A stretch of 63,626 nt of DNA, counting the filler, from Reticulomyxa filosa (lineage: Eukaryota; Protista; Foraminifera): assembly GCA_000512085.1 (NCBI GenBank). It is 19 parts of 19 records of this genome, joined end to end, with 100 filler letters (N's around TTAATTAATTAA, not from the genome) between each part and the next. Parts side by side here need not be neighbours in the genome. Positions count along the whole stretch, not along the records: positions 14,488 to 18,897 come from ASPP01005427.1; positions 18,998 to 22,047 come from ASPP01003268.1; positions 22,148 to 23,375 come from ASPP01037628.1; positions 23,476 to 29,742 come from ASPP01001166.1; 15 more parts are not named here. One strand, written 5' to 3'. This document shows positions 16,097 to 28,813 of the stretch, one piece after another. Position numbers and translations under genes: made by a program. The notes under the pieces are model-generated. The model saw only the letters and a program-made list of their open reading frames with translations, searched no databases and was not told where the DNA came from. The number at the start of each line of letters is the position of its first letter. The stretch's first letter is position 1.

Positions 16097-17274
16097 TTAT
16101 TGAGAAGAAGGCTCTTTTTTTGTATTCATGCTTGATTTGATTCTCTCCCAAACCACATCAAATTTATCATTTGCATCAACTCTGCGCACCAATCCTTTTT
16201 GTTTGTAAAACTCGAGAACAGGGGAAGTGTGTTTATGATATTCACCAAGTCTTGGTTTCAACACTTCAGCTGTGTCGTCTGGACGTTGGATTAATGGTTC
16301 GCCAGTAACCTATAAAACAAAAAAATCGCACATTTTTTTTTTTTGCAACCAATCAAAATCCGAGAAATATCATTTCACAAAAGTATGTATTTCGAGAGAG
16401 AGAAAGTGAAAGGGAAAAATCGTGTTTTTTTCCTTCTATTTATTTCCAACCCCTTTTCACCCTTCTCTCTCTCTCTCAGGACATAACATCATCTTTGTCT
16501 TTCTGTTTGGGAGGAGAAAATTTGGTGTGATAAGTGCGTCCTGATGCCTTATGCACACGTCTGCCAGTGATTCGCTCTTCCAAAATGCTATCAGGAACAT
16601 CCAATTGCACGACGTCATTCACATTCTTCTTTTTTTCTTTGAGCAGTTTCTCCAACTGTTTTTCGTATTACAATTTACAAAACCAAACTTAAAAAAAAAA
16701 AAGGGGGATTCTATACAAAAAAAAAAAGTGAATTGACAAAGTTTTTTTTTTTGGGTCAATGAAACCCCCTCTGTCTTGTCGTCCCTCTACCCCCTTTTTT
16801 TTTGTCTTAAAAAAAAAACAGTAAAATTCGCAAGAAAGAGGAGTCAACTGATTGAGCTTGAGAAACAGTTCGTGGGTATCCGTCCAAAATGAAGCCTTTG
16901 GCACATTGTGGAGAATCAATGGCTTCTCCAACAATCCCATTTACAAGGTCGTCTGGTACCAATTCGCCTTTTTCCATTATTGCTTTGGCTTTTTTACCTA
17001 ATTCAGTTCCTTGGGCCACTGCGGCTCTCAACGCATCACCCGTTGATATGTGGCATAAGCAATACTCATCTTTCAGTTTAGGCGCTTGACTACCTTTTCC
17101 TGGTTTTTTTTTTTTGTTTTTTTTAGCTACTTTTGCAAAGGTGTACACACGAATTTTCTAACCGGCTCCTGGAGGTCCGACCAAGATCACTCCTTTCCAT
17201 GCTGCACGAGCACAATTTATTCTTCGTTGAGCTTCATTCAACAGCTCTTCCAACGAATAATTTGCCAGACTCAT
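16097..17274 (-). CDS. Adenylate kinase (AK2-like, LID-containing), 4 exons
   Basis: GPPGAGKGSQ P-loop, [36 protein letters not shown] and [12 protein letters not shown]. The reading frame is complete from ATG 17274 to TAA 16097. Confidence 0.93.
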
Positions 17275-17712
17275 GATCAGACTCCTTGGCTTCAAAACGA
17301 GCAGTGATGTCGGGGCCAAAAAAAAAGCCTAGGCTAACGTTTTTCTGCTGCACAGTAAACTTTACGACATAATTTTTAATGGACAAATAACAAATGTATC
17401 AAACTTACGTTATCTACTTTGTGAAAAATTTTGGATAAAATGTTGCGTACAGCTTTTATTTTATTCGCATGACCTTTTCACAAAAGTATGGAAAATAGCC
17501 ACAATGAAAGGCAACGTCAATCGCATCCACAAAGAGCTACCTAAAGCAGCACCACTAACATGAGATGGTGGAGGAAGGAGTAAAAAAAGAAAGCTGCATA
17601 CTTGCACAAAAAGATAACTATTTTGCAAGATAAAAAAAAAAATGGAAAGTTTTGAACGGAGCTGAAATCTGGTTGAAAGTTTTCGGAATATGACCCTTGG
17701 ACCAAATTTGAA

Positions 17713-18579
17713 ATGACAGAGGATAGTGACATTGCAAGCAAGCAAAATCATCCAACGTCAGGGAAATCTTCCTTTTGGAGTCGCTATTCGGATACAAGTT
17801 GTTATATAGCCTTGGAAAGATTGCCAAAGCCGAGGTTATGTAACTGGTGTTGTTGCGTGTACATTGTAGGATCTTTGTTGTTATTTTTGATCCCGATCTT
17901 GGTACTGATGAGCATATGCACGCCCCACTACCCGCACTTCAACACAATTTACCTGCGCATAGACGGAATAGGAGTGGAGTGGTCCCCACAGGCGGCAGTA
18001 TCAGCGGACATTTTAGTGAATTTCAACGGCTCACTGATTGGAGACGTGACCGATTACATGAAGTTTTCGTATACGTTCGAAAAGTTGGAAGGTTATCTGT
18101 CGCTGAACAACACGCAAAAGCAACTAGTCGAAACAGTGTTTTTCGAACTGGATCACGCGAGCGCAATGCCAGGGGCAGGACATCATAAGAACCTGTCGTT
18201 CACATTGCAAGCCAAAGCAATGTCCAGAAGCGTGTACATGGAATTGTTGGATCGCTTTTGGCATGGACATTATGACATACCATTCCTGCTTTATGGCAAT
18301 GGCCAAGTGGTCATGGACATTGGCGCGTATCACAATGCCAAAGCCATGGTAATGTGCGACCTCGTCGTCAATGCGTCCCAGTTCTTCACTACTGCCGCCA
18401 TCACCACGACGCAGCTTCAACAACTCCTCTCTGCTGGACCCGACGTCCAGTCGTCGCCTCTTGAGTTTGGCTTGATCACAAATATCACTAATGCTCTCTT
18501 CGGACGCACTTTCACTTTGGCCGTCTTGTCGCAAGGTTGTAAATATGGTGTCACACAGATACACTTTTTTCAAAAGTAA
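17713..18579 (+). CDS. Intronless single-pass membrane protein with a Cys-rich juxtamembrane segment (possibly LEA_2-like fold)
   Basis: 288-aa ORF with coding-like GC content; CNWCCC is followed by a hydrophobic helix and a beta-rich domain. Confidence 0.65.
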   Translation: MTEDSDIASKQNHPTSGKSSFWSRYSDTSCYIALERLPKPRLCNWCCCVYIVGSLLLFLIPILVLMSICTPHYPHFNTIYLRIDGIGVEWSPQAAVSADILVNFNGSLIGDVTDYMKFSYTFEKLEGYLSLNNTQKQLVETVFFELDHASAMPGAGHHKNLSFTLQAKAMSRSVYMELLDRFWHGHYDIPFLLYGNGQVVMDIGAYHNAKAMVMCDLVVNASQFFTTAAITTTQLQQLLSAGPDVQSSPLEFGLITNITNALFGRTFTLAVLSQGCKYGVTQIHFFQK

Positions 18580-21395
18580 TTCTTTTCTCCATCTTTTCTG
18601 TCTATCCTTTTGTTTTTTGTTTTTTTTTTTTTTAGCGATTTTTAACTCTATTGTAAAGGACATTTCAATGCTTGTGTAAAATCCACAATTTACAACTTTT
18701 TTTCTTTTTTTTTTTTGGTTTAAATTGTTTAAAGAGAAGTTATCCACATGTTTGGAAGGTTTTTCATGTGGAAAAAAAAAAAGTGTTTCCTAATTAAAGT
18801 TAGCTTTTTCAATAAGGCTCCCTTTTTTTTGGAACGTGTAAAGTCTGGATTTGGCTTGGATCAATTCTAACGACTAACTAATGCAATGGACAAATAANNN
18901 NNNNNNNNNNNNNNNNNNNNNNNNNNNNNNNNNNNNNNNNNTTAATTAATTAANNNNNNNNNNNNNNNNNNNNNNNNNNNNNNNNNNNNNNNNNNNNATC
19001 TGTCACAACAAGAATATATACGATTTTTTTATAGTTAAATGATAATATAAAATCTTTCAATTGTCTTATTCAAAGACAAATTTCAACACCAATTATCTCG
19101 CGTTCTGCAAACAAAGGTTGTGACACTAAAGTGGACTAGCATTCTGATTTTCCATTTTTCTATTGTGATTTTTATTTGTTTTCTTGGTTTCTTTTTATGG
19201 AAGAATTGGAAAAGATAAAATCATCTGTCCATCCTTGTGTTGGTTTTTCTGTATGCTATTTTTCTTCTAATTTTGTATATTTGTTGTTATAACAACAAAT
19301 TGTTGTTCTAATTTATCACATATACTTTGTAATACACCTCTCATTCTTGATGCATGTATCAATGTCGGTGGTAATATAATTTGAGCTGTCGATTTTTTAG
19401 TTGATACCAAAACCTTTGCAGAATACATTTCCAAAAATTATGTATCGTATATTACCACCAGATTCGATTCATGAATAGAATAACAACATTCAATTCCATT
19501 ATCTTCTTCTATTTGTAAATTCTTGCATTTTGCATCACTTATATAGCATTATTGCACCACATACTCTTTTTTAAAAAAATCTCGATTTCTTTGTTTACAG
19601 TATACCGTGTACCTTTAATATTACATAAGCAGTGCTGATTTTTTTCTTTGTTGATGTTGTTGTCTCTATTTAATTGCTTACAAAATAATTTTGTAAATAT
19701 GGATCCAGTATTTCCAGTAAATTATTATTAATTGAATCAATGGTAATGAAAAATATATTTAATCCTGAAAGTGTATTCCATGACAAAAAAAATAATCACT
19801 TTTTCATCCGCTATTTTAGATTCACATAATTGTAGATTAATTATTGATTCCAAATTTTTCATTGATTAATTCAACACTTATGAAAATATGGAATAAATGT
19901 AGACAAATATATTTTGATACGTTTTTAAAATTGGGTATAATTTACAGTATCAAAGACATTAAAAGTAAAAATTTATTTGCAAAAAATAAACATATATTAA
20001 TTTGTGATTATTAGGAATATATTAGATTGTGAATTTGAGATATTGCAAGAAAGTGGTAAGACAACATCAAGTTGAAAAGATGATAAATGGAATTGGTAGT
20101 TGATAGTTTCAAAAAACTTATGAATGTTTATTCTCCATAAAAACATACGTTGCCATTAACGAAACCACAAAATAATGCGAAGTCACAATTGTGGAGTTTT
20201 TAATTTTCCACAAGCTTAATACTTCTGATTCCATTAAGCTGTCTCTCAAACTCATGACCATGTAATGGATGTTATTAGTGAAAATATTTCATTTGATTTA
20301 TTTTGGATGAACTTGATAAGATATTTGATAAATATAACAATAATAACATTAATGAAAGATGAAAATGATAATTTGAATTGGATAATATAAAGCTATTATA
20401 ATGATGGAAGTATCATTTACTTCGAAAATATTAATTGTATTATCATCATCAATGATTCAATACTCCATTGAAACTAAAATATCAATCAATTAAATCCTAA
20501 AAAATCAAATTTATATTTCAACAATTGTCAAGATTTGGAATTTGAAATATTTATTTAAGGAAATTATATGAAAATAAAATGGAAAATGAAAACCTTCAAA
20601 AACAATTTGAAACATATAACATGTCCAATAACATCTATTAATTGTAGATTATTGAATGAAGATTCAATTCCTCGCAGAGAGAATTCACAACAATAATTCA
20701 ATGTTTAAATTTTAAATCAAGGTTATTTAGAATATTGAATTATCAAAGAATAAAAGGGTTAGCATTGAAGCAGCAAAATGTAATCACCATACTCAATTCG
20801 GTTAATATTAACCAATTGTCAAACAATTATGCCTCTATAATAAAATGTATTTTTGATTTTTATATTTTTTTCCTTCAAGACAATTGTTCTTCCAAAAAAT
20901 ATCTTAAATTGATTTAAAAGATATTTAAATTATTCTCTTTTTTTATCAAGTGTGTTATATAACATTTTCACTTGCAATTTGTTATTTAACAATGGATTGA
21001 ACAGAATAATGTATTTTTTAACATTTATTTTAAGATTATAAAAACTTACTCTAATATCACAGGAGATGTCACCTTTTTTTGATCAACGGTATATTGATGC
21101 AAAAAAAACCATAAAAAACCTTTCTTTAAAAAAATTTGATATCTTATGTTAGCCAAATAAAATAATCCAATCAAACTGTAATTTTACCTTTTATTACATG
21201 AAATAAAAATTTTAATCGGATTAAAGTTTCTTTTGTATTCCCATAGTTGCATTCGATTGTATTCTGATCCATCATGTAAATTGAATTTTCTTCATTGCCG
21301 AGTATCATTGGCTCATCTTCAAATTTTTCTTTGAACACAAACATATTTTGTTTATTTTCTTTTATTTATGTTAATGGAAATATTTAACTATATTG

Positions 21396-21959
21396 CTATA
21401 ATATTTGAATTCCCTGAAAATGTTGTGCAACAATAACAGCTACTATAAGACAAATATCAATAATAGCAAATGTAGAACCAAATATATTCTTTATTAAATG
21501 GGAATGATTATCACTTAATGTAACAGAAAATATCCAAATGAATTGTTGCAATAAAAAAAGTACAACTAACACCGATATTGGAAATGTGAGAATTTCATCT
21601 GACAATTTGTAAACGCTATTTTTTTCAATGAAATTTTCTTCCCATGACATCATAAGCTTAATTTTTTGTTCAACAAGTGTTGAAAACTCAAGATACTGGA
21701 TAAAGTTGCCATAGCACATAATGGTACAATAAATGGACAAAATTACCAATTCTGCATTCACAAACAATCGTTGTTTGAAATTCAATTTATTTGACCCAGC
21801 TAAGAATTTCAATGATTTACATTGAAACAAAAATTCACGAATATTGGCCAAGTGAGTCCATTGCAAAAATATGTTAATTGCCATCACCTTTCCCCATTTT
21901 GCCAAAATTTTACAAGCATATATACCTGAGAATGCGTATTTTGTTACAAAAGAAAACAA
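21396..21959 (-). pseudogene. Multi-pass membrane protein fragment in a decayed region
   Basis: 187-aa hydrophobic open frame in an otherwise stop-riddled, very AT-rich contig. Confidence 0.3.
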
Positions 21960-22336
21960 ATTATCTTTGATTTATCACTTATAATTATTATTGTTGTTAT
22001 TTGTAAGATATTTAAATCATAACCAAATTGAAAGCCTTGATATTTACNNNNNNNNNNNNNNNNNNNNNNNNNNNNNNNNNNNNNNNNNNNNTTAATTAAT
22101 TAANNNNNNNNNNNNNNNNNNNNNNNNNNNNNNNNNNNNNNNNNNNNACAATCGTGCCTACGTCGTAACCATGAAACTTGCCAACTTTTTTTGAAGCATT
22201 TTCAGAAAGTCATAAATGCGTATATATTTGTAAAAAAAAAGATTAGTCTTCTACGTCGCGTAGTTTTTGAGAAAACTCAATTTTTTGTTAACAAAAAAAT
22301 TTTTTTTTGCAGAATTTAATATTATTTTGCAAAGTT

Positions 22337-22569
22337 TGTACATTGGGAGTCTACTGTGAAGAGCTACACTAAATGTAATACGAAAAGATTTTACTCGAAT
22401 GAGATTGACTTTCAGTAAAACAAAGTAAATTAAATAATAAATCAAAATGACAAAAAGGAAAGTAAGAAAAGCAAGGAAGTAAGAAGTAGTTGGTTGATGA
22501 AGTTTAACCCAAAGGTAGCTCCTCAGTTCCATAAGAGTTCAACCATGTGTGATAAGAGCTTGCCATACA
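22337..22569 (-). mobile_element. ~230-bp TGT...ACA element (solo-LTR-like), copy 1
   Basis: On + it shares CACTAAATGTAATACGAAA, GTTTAACCC and GCTT...TACA with the other copies. Flanks AAGTT/AAGGT may be a degenerate TSD. Confidence 0.6.
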
Positions 22570-23475
22570 AAGGTATTATGATTTTTGACTGTTTGATTTG
22601 TCTTTATTTATTATTTGTTTATTTGCTTTTTTTTTGTCTAATACCAATTAAATCAAGTTAATTCAAAAGCAATATAACTGAAATTTTTTTTTGTATTAAG
22701 ATTGTTTTTAATGAAAATTACAATTTGGTTACATTACTTTTTGCATTGTATACTGCTTGTATTTTTTTTGGAATTAATTTTGTTAAGTTTATGCATGTTT
22801 TTTTGTCATTTTTTTCCATTTTAATTTAAATTGTTTACTGAATTTTTCTTTATCCAAATGGTCCATTTTTGAATACTTTCGTTTTCACTATAAACCACAG
22901 ATTTTCGATTTGGTTCAGATCTGGAGAATTTTAGTAAAATTCAATACTTTGATAGAATTTTGTTCAAACTATTTTTTTGCTGTAATATCGTTTGGCTGTT
23001 AGCATTATCTTGCTGAAATATACAATTTTCATTATCTCCTAAACCACAATTAATGCTTTTTGAGCATTTCATCAACTAGAATTTCTTTGTAAATATATGC
23101 ACTTACATATCAATTAATGTTAAATACATAAGCAGGTCTTAACACTCCAAAGCAAGTCCACACGATTATATTTCAACTACCAACTTTTGATGTTTTTATT
23201 CTTGAACGTCAGCTTCAGTTTACTACATGACTTACACAAAATTGTTTTGCAACTTTGTGCAAACTCCAGCACTAATGCAACAGGTCAATAACACGTCTTT
23301 TGTTAAAATTCTCAATCCTTTAGTAATCAAAAAACATTAAAAAATAAATATTGAATTACATTGAGCTAAAAAAAANNNNNNNNNNNNNNNNNNNNNNNNN
23401 NNNNNNNNNNNNNNNNNNNTTAATTAATTAANNNNNNNNNNNNNNNNNNNNNNNNNNNNNNNNNNNNNNNNNNNN

Positions 23476-23693
23476 TGTAGGAACAGTGAGGAGACTAAGT
23501 GTAATACGAAAGGAAACTTAGTTAAAAGTAAATTCAGGAAAAAGAAAGTAAATTAACGAAAATAATTGCAACACAATGAAAGGAAACAACTAAAGAACTA
23601 GACAAAGTGAGTAGTGTTGTTAAGAAGGTTTAACCCACAGGGGGGGTCCCACAGTTTCTTTGTTTGAACTTGTATAATAGGGCTTACCCTACA
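23476..23693 (-). mobile_element. ~230-bp TGT...ACA element (solo-LTR-like), copy 2, at a contig edge
   Basis: TGTAATACGAAAGG, GTGAGTAGTG, GTTTAACCCAC and terminal TAGGGCTTACCCTACA. Confidence 0.6.
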
Positions 23694-25717
23694 GCACTAA
23701 TTGCTTTTTTGTATTTCAATAATTTATCTTTATAATTTTTTTAATAGATGTAAATTTTTTCTTTTATTTATAAATTGAATAAGTTACTATAATCAAATCG
23801 GATTCTTGAACTAATTCAATGTGAGGTATTTTGTTATAACATAGCTTGCAGTAGATCTAATTAGTGTAAAAACAGTTTGAATCGGACGTACGATCTCATT
23901 CATAAACATTGTTATCAGCGGATAAGTTTCAGTTTTGCCAGAGGTTCAGTAGAAGTTAACAGAAATTTGAAGCTATGCCAAACACAAAAGACTGTTATTT
24001 AAATCGAGATTGCCAATTTATCAAATGCGTCTTGTACTCTTTGTACTAAGCGAAGTTCGACATCACACAAGCAGCGTGTTGCCAGTAAAAGAGTTACTAT
24101 ATCAGATCAGTCAAATACCACAACAAGATACTGAACTAACGACAACTTCAGAAAAGAATTGCAACAAATAAGTTGCCAAAAAGAGTAAAAAGGGAAAAAA
24201 TCACAATATCAAAATTTCAACTAATATACAAAGAACTTTGTATTATATAAAAAATTTTCCAGTTGAAAAATTTTTCAATTAGTTTTTCTTCTTTGCGTTA
24301 CTCGGGTACTTGTCTTCGAAATACTTGGTCAGAAACTTGACGAAAATTCTTGTACAATAATTTTTTCCGAGTAAAACATTCAAAACTTGAAAGATGTTGA
24401 AATACTTTCAACTTAAATCTATTTCAAAATACAACTTTTTTAGTATTAATGATGAAGGGTGTTAATATTATTTTATTTTTTTTCATGTAACACTCAGTCT
24501 CATTTTCAACTAGTACAAAAAATAATTTTTATATTACTATGTAAAAAAATTTACAGGAAAAATTTTTTTTTAGTAGATTGTTTTGAATCTTGTCTTTGTG
24601 TCTCTTTCGCTACGAACTTGCACACGACGAAATTGTTAAAACCTTGAAGGCAACTAAATACTGCAATATGTATCGCATCTGAAAAATTACTTCAATCTAA
24701 TTCAAAATAAAACTTTTTGCAAAAGTTAATTTTAATATGGATGATGTTAAATGAATTTTTTTATTGTAGTAATTATAGACGATGATTCAAGTAATTTCTC
24801 CATTATTAAAACAGAAGGAAAATTTGAAATGGTTTCTTAACAAATCTTTTGAAAATTGAAATACTTAAAAATTTTTGATAAAATTTATTTCAAATAAAAA
24901 GGCTGAATTGATCGTTTGGTTCACGCACTCACATTGCAAAAGCTTAAAAAAAGGGTTGATGAAGCGAGATAGTAGTCTGATACTTGACACGCCACCTGCG
25001 ACACATCTAAAAAAACCAGTGGCAACTGTAAGAATTATTTGAAATAAAATTTTCTTTTAATTATTTCAGAAACAGTTGTTTGGTTTATAATTGTACTTCT
25101 TTTATTATTTAGTACAATGTCCTATTTTAGATCAGATGCTTTTTCAACTTGCTAGTACTGTTTTAATGGTGGATGGTATACTATGTACCCGAATCAAGTT
25201 ATTCTTTTCATTTTGCTAAAATGTACCACCAAAACTCCAAATAATATTAAAAAAAAATTAGATTTAATCGATCCTTTTCACTGTACAATAATTACTTATT
25301 GTACATTATTGACTATTTTATTTACTTTACATTTCGTTATTTCAATTTTTCTTATTGACATTTTTATGTAAATTGTTTTTTATGATTTTGTGATTCTTTT
25401 AGTTAAAAAAACTTCTTTTTTACTCTAGTTTTTAAAAACTTTTCTGTCTTTTCTTTTGCGGTTGATATTTTTTTAGGAGAAATTACTTTTCTTGAACATC
25501 TCTTACTACCAGTTTTGATATCAGACCTTTCAACTAATTGTACTTTTTCAGCAAATTGTGTACTTGGAAGTAATTAAATATGTTGTGAATAATTAGTTCT
25601 TTTATTTAATTAAGTGTAATTTTTTAATTTCATTAACCAAACAAAAAAGTCTTGTAAAAAATCTTTTTTTTCTTCAAAGTCAAGTCAATCCCCCTTTTTT
25701 TAAAGCAACATTACAAC

Positions 25718-26365
25718 ATGGGTAGCCAAAACACAACTCCTTTTCAACGTTGAAGAATTTGCCCACTCTACTTATGCAGTCTCAATGTGTGCTAAACGAA
25801 CATGAAATCCTCATTTGTAGACGTGTTAATAAAAGGGCTTGTTATTCATATCATACAATCAAAAACGAATACAAGTTTATCTGTGAGTATCTAAAAGATA
25901 TTATATTAGATTGACACTGTGTAGTGAAATTGGTGGACATACATTCGTGATGAAATAATATATCAAAAAAATTAAAGAAATCAAGCAATTACAATAAATT
26001 GATTCCTTTCACAGACAATTACAGACATCTAATTATCATTGAAACAAATGATGGTAATTATTATGAGTGCTTTCAGTGTTGGTTGATTTAAAATCATTTG
26101 CTCTTTATTATAAAAAAAATATGTTAGTGTTTTTGATTTAAATAGAAGAAAACAATCATATAAACATCATTTGAGCAAAAGATGATAAAAATGTAACAGT
26201 ATAAACTCACGTGAAGACAAAGTGCGTGAATGCGATCATTCACTGTTGATAATGGTTTATTTATTTTGATGAAATTTGACAAAAATTATAATGAACAGTC
26301 AAAAAATGAAATAAAATGTATTATTCAGTATTTGATTTGCACTTTAAAGATAAAATTGGGATGGA
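25718..26365 (+). pseudogene. Kelch-repeat protein pseudogene
   Basis: MGSQNTTPFQ/TLKNLPTLLMQSQCVLNEHEILIC...KRACYSYHTIKNEYKFICEY...*HCVVKLVD, with a frameshift and stops. Confidence 0.75.
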
Positions 26366-27248
26366 TTGATGATTTTGATCAAATCATTATCAAATATAGT
26401 AAATGAAATAAATTTTGAAGAAGTACAGTTAAAATACATGTTAGTTATGCTATCGTTGATTTTGATTTATTTTATAATTATGAATATTCTTTTAACTGAT
26501 TTTTTTTTTATAATAAAAAAAACTTTATCAGAGATTTTAATATTTATGTATATATTAAACATTATCAAAATGAAGAACTAAAAAAATTTTCATTATAGGA
26601 TCGAGGATTTGACTTGTTTCTTGCATATCTATATCGTATTGGAAAATATTTCACATCATTCGAGTTGTTTATCTTTTTGAACACAACAAAGTAATTCATC
26701 ATTTAGAGAAATTGTGTCAAAGCATATTTAATATTTAAACTCATATCGAATTATTAATTGAATCCCTTCTTCTATATTGTGAAATAATAAGACATCAAAT
26801 CAATATTGTGACTTAAACATCACAATTGTTGTTTTTGAATCTAGATCTTTTTTCTTTTCCATTATTTAAATTGCTGTAATGATGTAAATATATAATAAGT
26901 CATTTTAAATTGATTTAATTTCTGATGATAAGATATCAATGTCTTGTTATTGTCGTTATACAATTTCCTAGTTTGAAGGTGTAAATGTTTTGCAAATATG
27001 CGTATAACATTCCAACATTCATATTCTCTCCTTTTAGAGAATTAGAAATTACAATTTTGCTTAGCGAAAAGAGATATGCAAAACAAAAAAAGCAAAAAGG
27101 AAAGAGAGTATCTTTCTGAAAAAGCACAATACTTGAGCGATGAACTTTGAAAGATAAACAGATTTAAAAAAAATTATCACTTGAGAACTAAAGTATGTAT
27201 ATTCAAAGAACTTTTAAGTTTTTTTTTGTTTCATAATAATTAATAAGA

Positions 27249-28813
27249 ATGCCTTACAAAGCATTTATTTATCTTGAAAAAGAAATTCATAAAGTAACAT
27301 TTGTTTTCCTGAGATTAAAAAGATTGAAAGAAAAAGTGATAGAGATTATCACCACTACTAACAGTGAAACAAGAGATTCTGTACCCCCTTTTAAAATTAC
27401 TGATAATAATGGTCAGTATATTACCAGTAACAGAGAATTGAGAATCGCATTCAAAACGAAACATGTTTTCTTTTTTATTCATTTCTATTTTTTATTCAAT
27501 TATTTATTTATTTGTTAACAATAACAATGGATTGATAAAATAGACAATGATAACGATGAAAAGAAATATTCAGAAAATGAAAAAAAAGAAGATGAATTCT
27601 ACAATATTGTGAAATATAAAAATTTAGATACTGAAATTGATAAAGATGTTTCATGGAATGAAGCAAATAAAAAAGCACATGAAATGGTGAATGAAATGAT
27701 CAATAATAAGCAACAAGGAATTGTTGTTTCAACAAATATTGACCATTAGCAAAATCAAATTATCAATACCTCAATATGATATCACTTTCTCAATGATGGT
27801 TAATTTAAATCAATACATGAAAAAAATATTAATCTTTGGATCATATTCTGTTTCTTCATTCTATTCAAACAAAGTTATATTTGATAATATCACAATTAGT
27901 GGATGTGTTTATGCTGTTGATTGTATTATTGATGGATTTGGAAATTGTCATATTACTCAACAACTTATTCCTACTAAACAATCTGTTATTCGTTGTCGCT
28001 TCCGTTTTCATGTTTTTACTTGCCCTTGGCCTATTGATATAGAAAATTTAATGGAATTGGGAAGAAATGCATTGGATATATCAAAATTGAGTGAAGCAAT
28101 TCAATTATTTCGTTTTACACTTTGTTTTAGAATGCAAACATTACATGCTTCTCAATACCTTATTATTGGTTAGGCAGAGCATATGATTACAAAGGAGAAT
28201 ATAACAAAGCAATTGAATATTATGAAAAAGATTTGAAAATTAGTTTGAGTGAATTAGGATATGATCATCCTGATGTTGCTACTTCATACAACAATTTGGG
28301 AAATGTTTATCAAAATAAAGGGGAATATGATAAAGCAATTGAATATAATGAAAAATCATTGAAAATCAGATTGGATAAATTAGGGCATGACCACCCTGCT
28401 GTTGCTACTTTATACAACAATGTGGGTATTGTTTATTCCAATAAAGGAGAATACAACAAAGCAATTGAATATCATGAAAAATCATGAAAAATTAGATTGA
28501 GTAAATTGGGATCTGATCACATTGATGTTACTACTTCATACAAAAATTTGGCATTAACTTATTATGGCAACAAGAATATGACAAGGCAATGAAATTTGGA
28601 AAGAAAGCATTGGATTTGAGATTGAAGAAATTTGATTCTAATCATCCAGAGGTTGGTAATTCATATGATATTTTAGGGGATATCAATTATAAAAAAGGTG
28701 ACAAAATGGAGGCAAAAAAGTGTTATGAAAATACATTGTCGATTTATACTCAAAAATTTGGCGAAAATAATCAAAAGATACAAGAAGTAATGCTGAAATT
28801 GAAAAATTTGTAA
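27249..28813 (+). pseudogene. Tetratricopeptide-repeat (kinesin-light-chain-type TPR) protein, probably a pseudogene
   Basis: Repeats of DHPDVATSYNNLGNVY..KGEYDKAIEY.EKSLKI; in-frame TGA at 28485 where TTG is expected, plus several frameshifts. Confidence 0.8.

Noticed and set aside
16659-16672. TTTCGTATTACA motif of the LTR-like family at the end of an adenylate kinase intron (a partial match also lies at ~59698)
   Set aside because: No other element motifs or termini are nearby, so it is probably a chance match in AT-rich DNA.
28485-28487. In-frame TGA in TPR repeats as stop-codon reassignment or selenocysteine
   Set aside because: The same locus has frameshifts. Intact genes terminate at TAA, TGA and TAG and have no internal stops.
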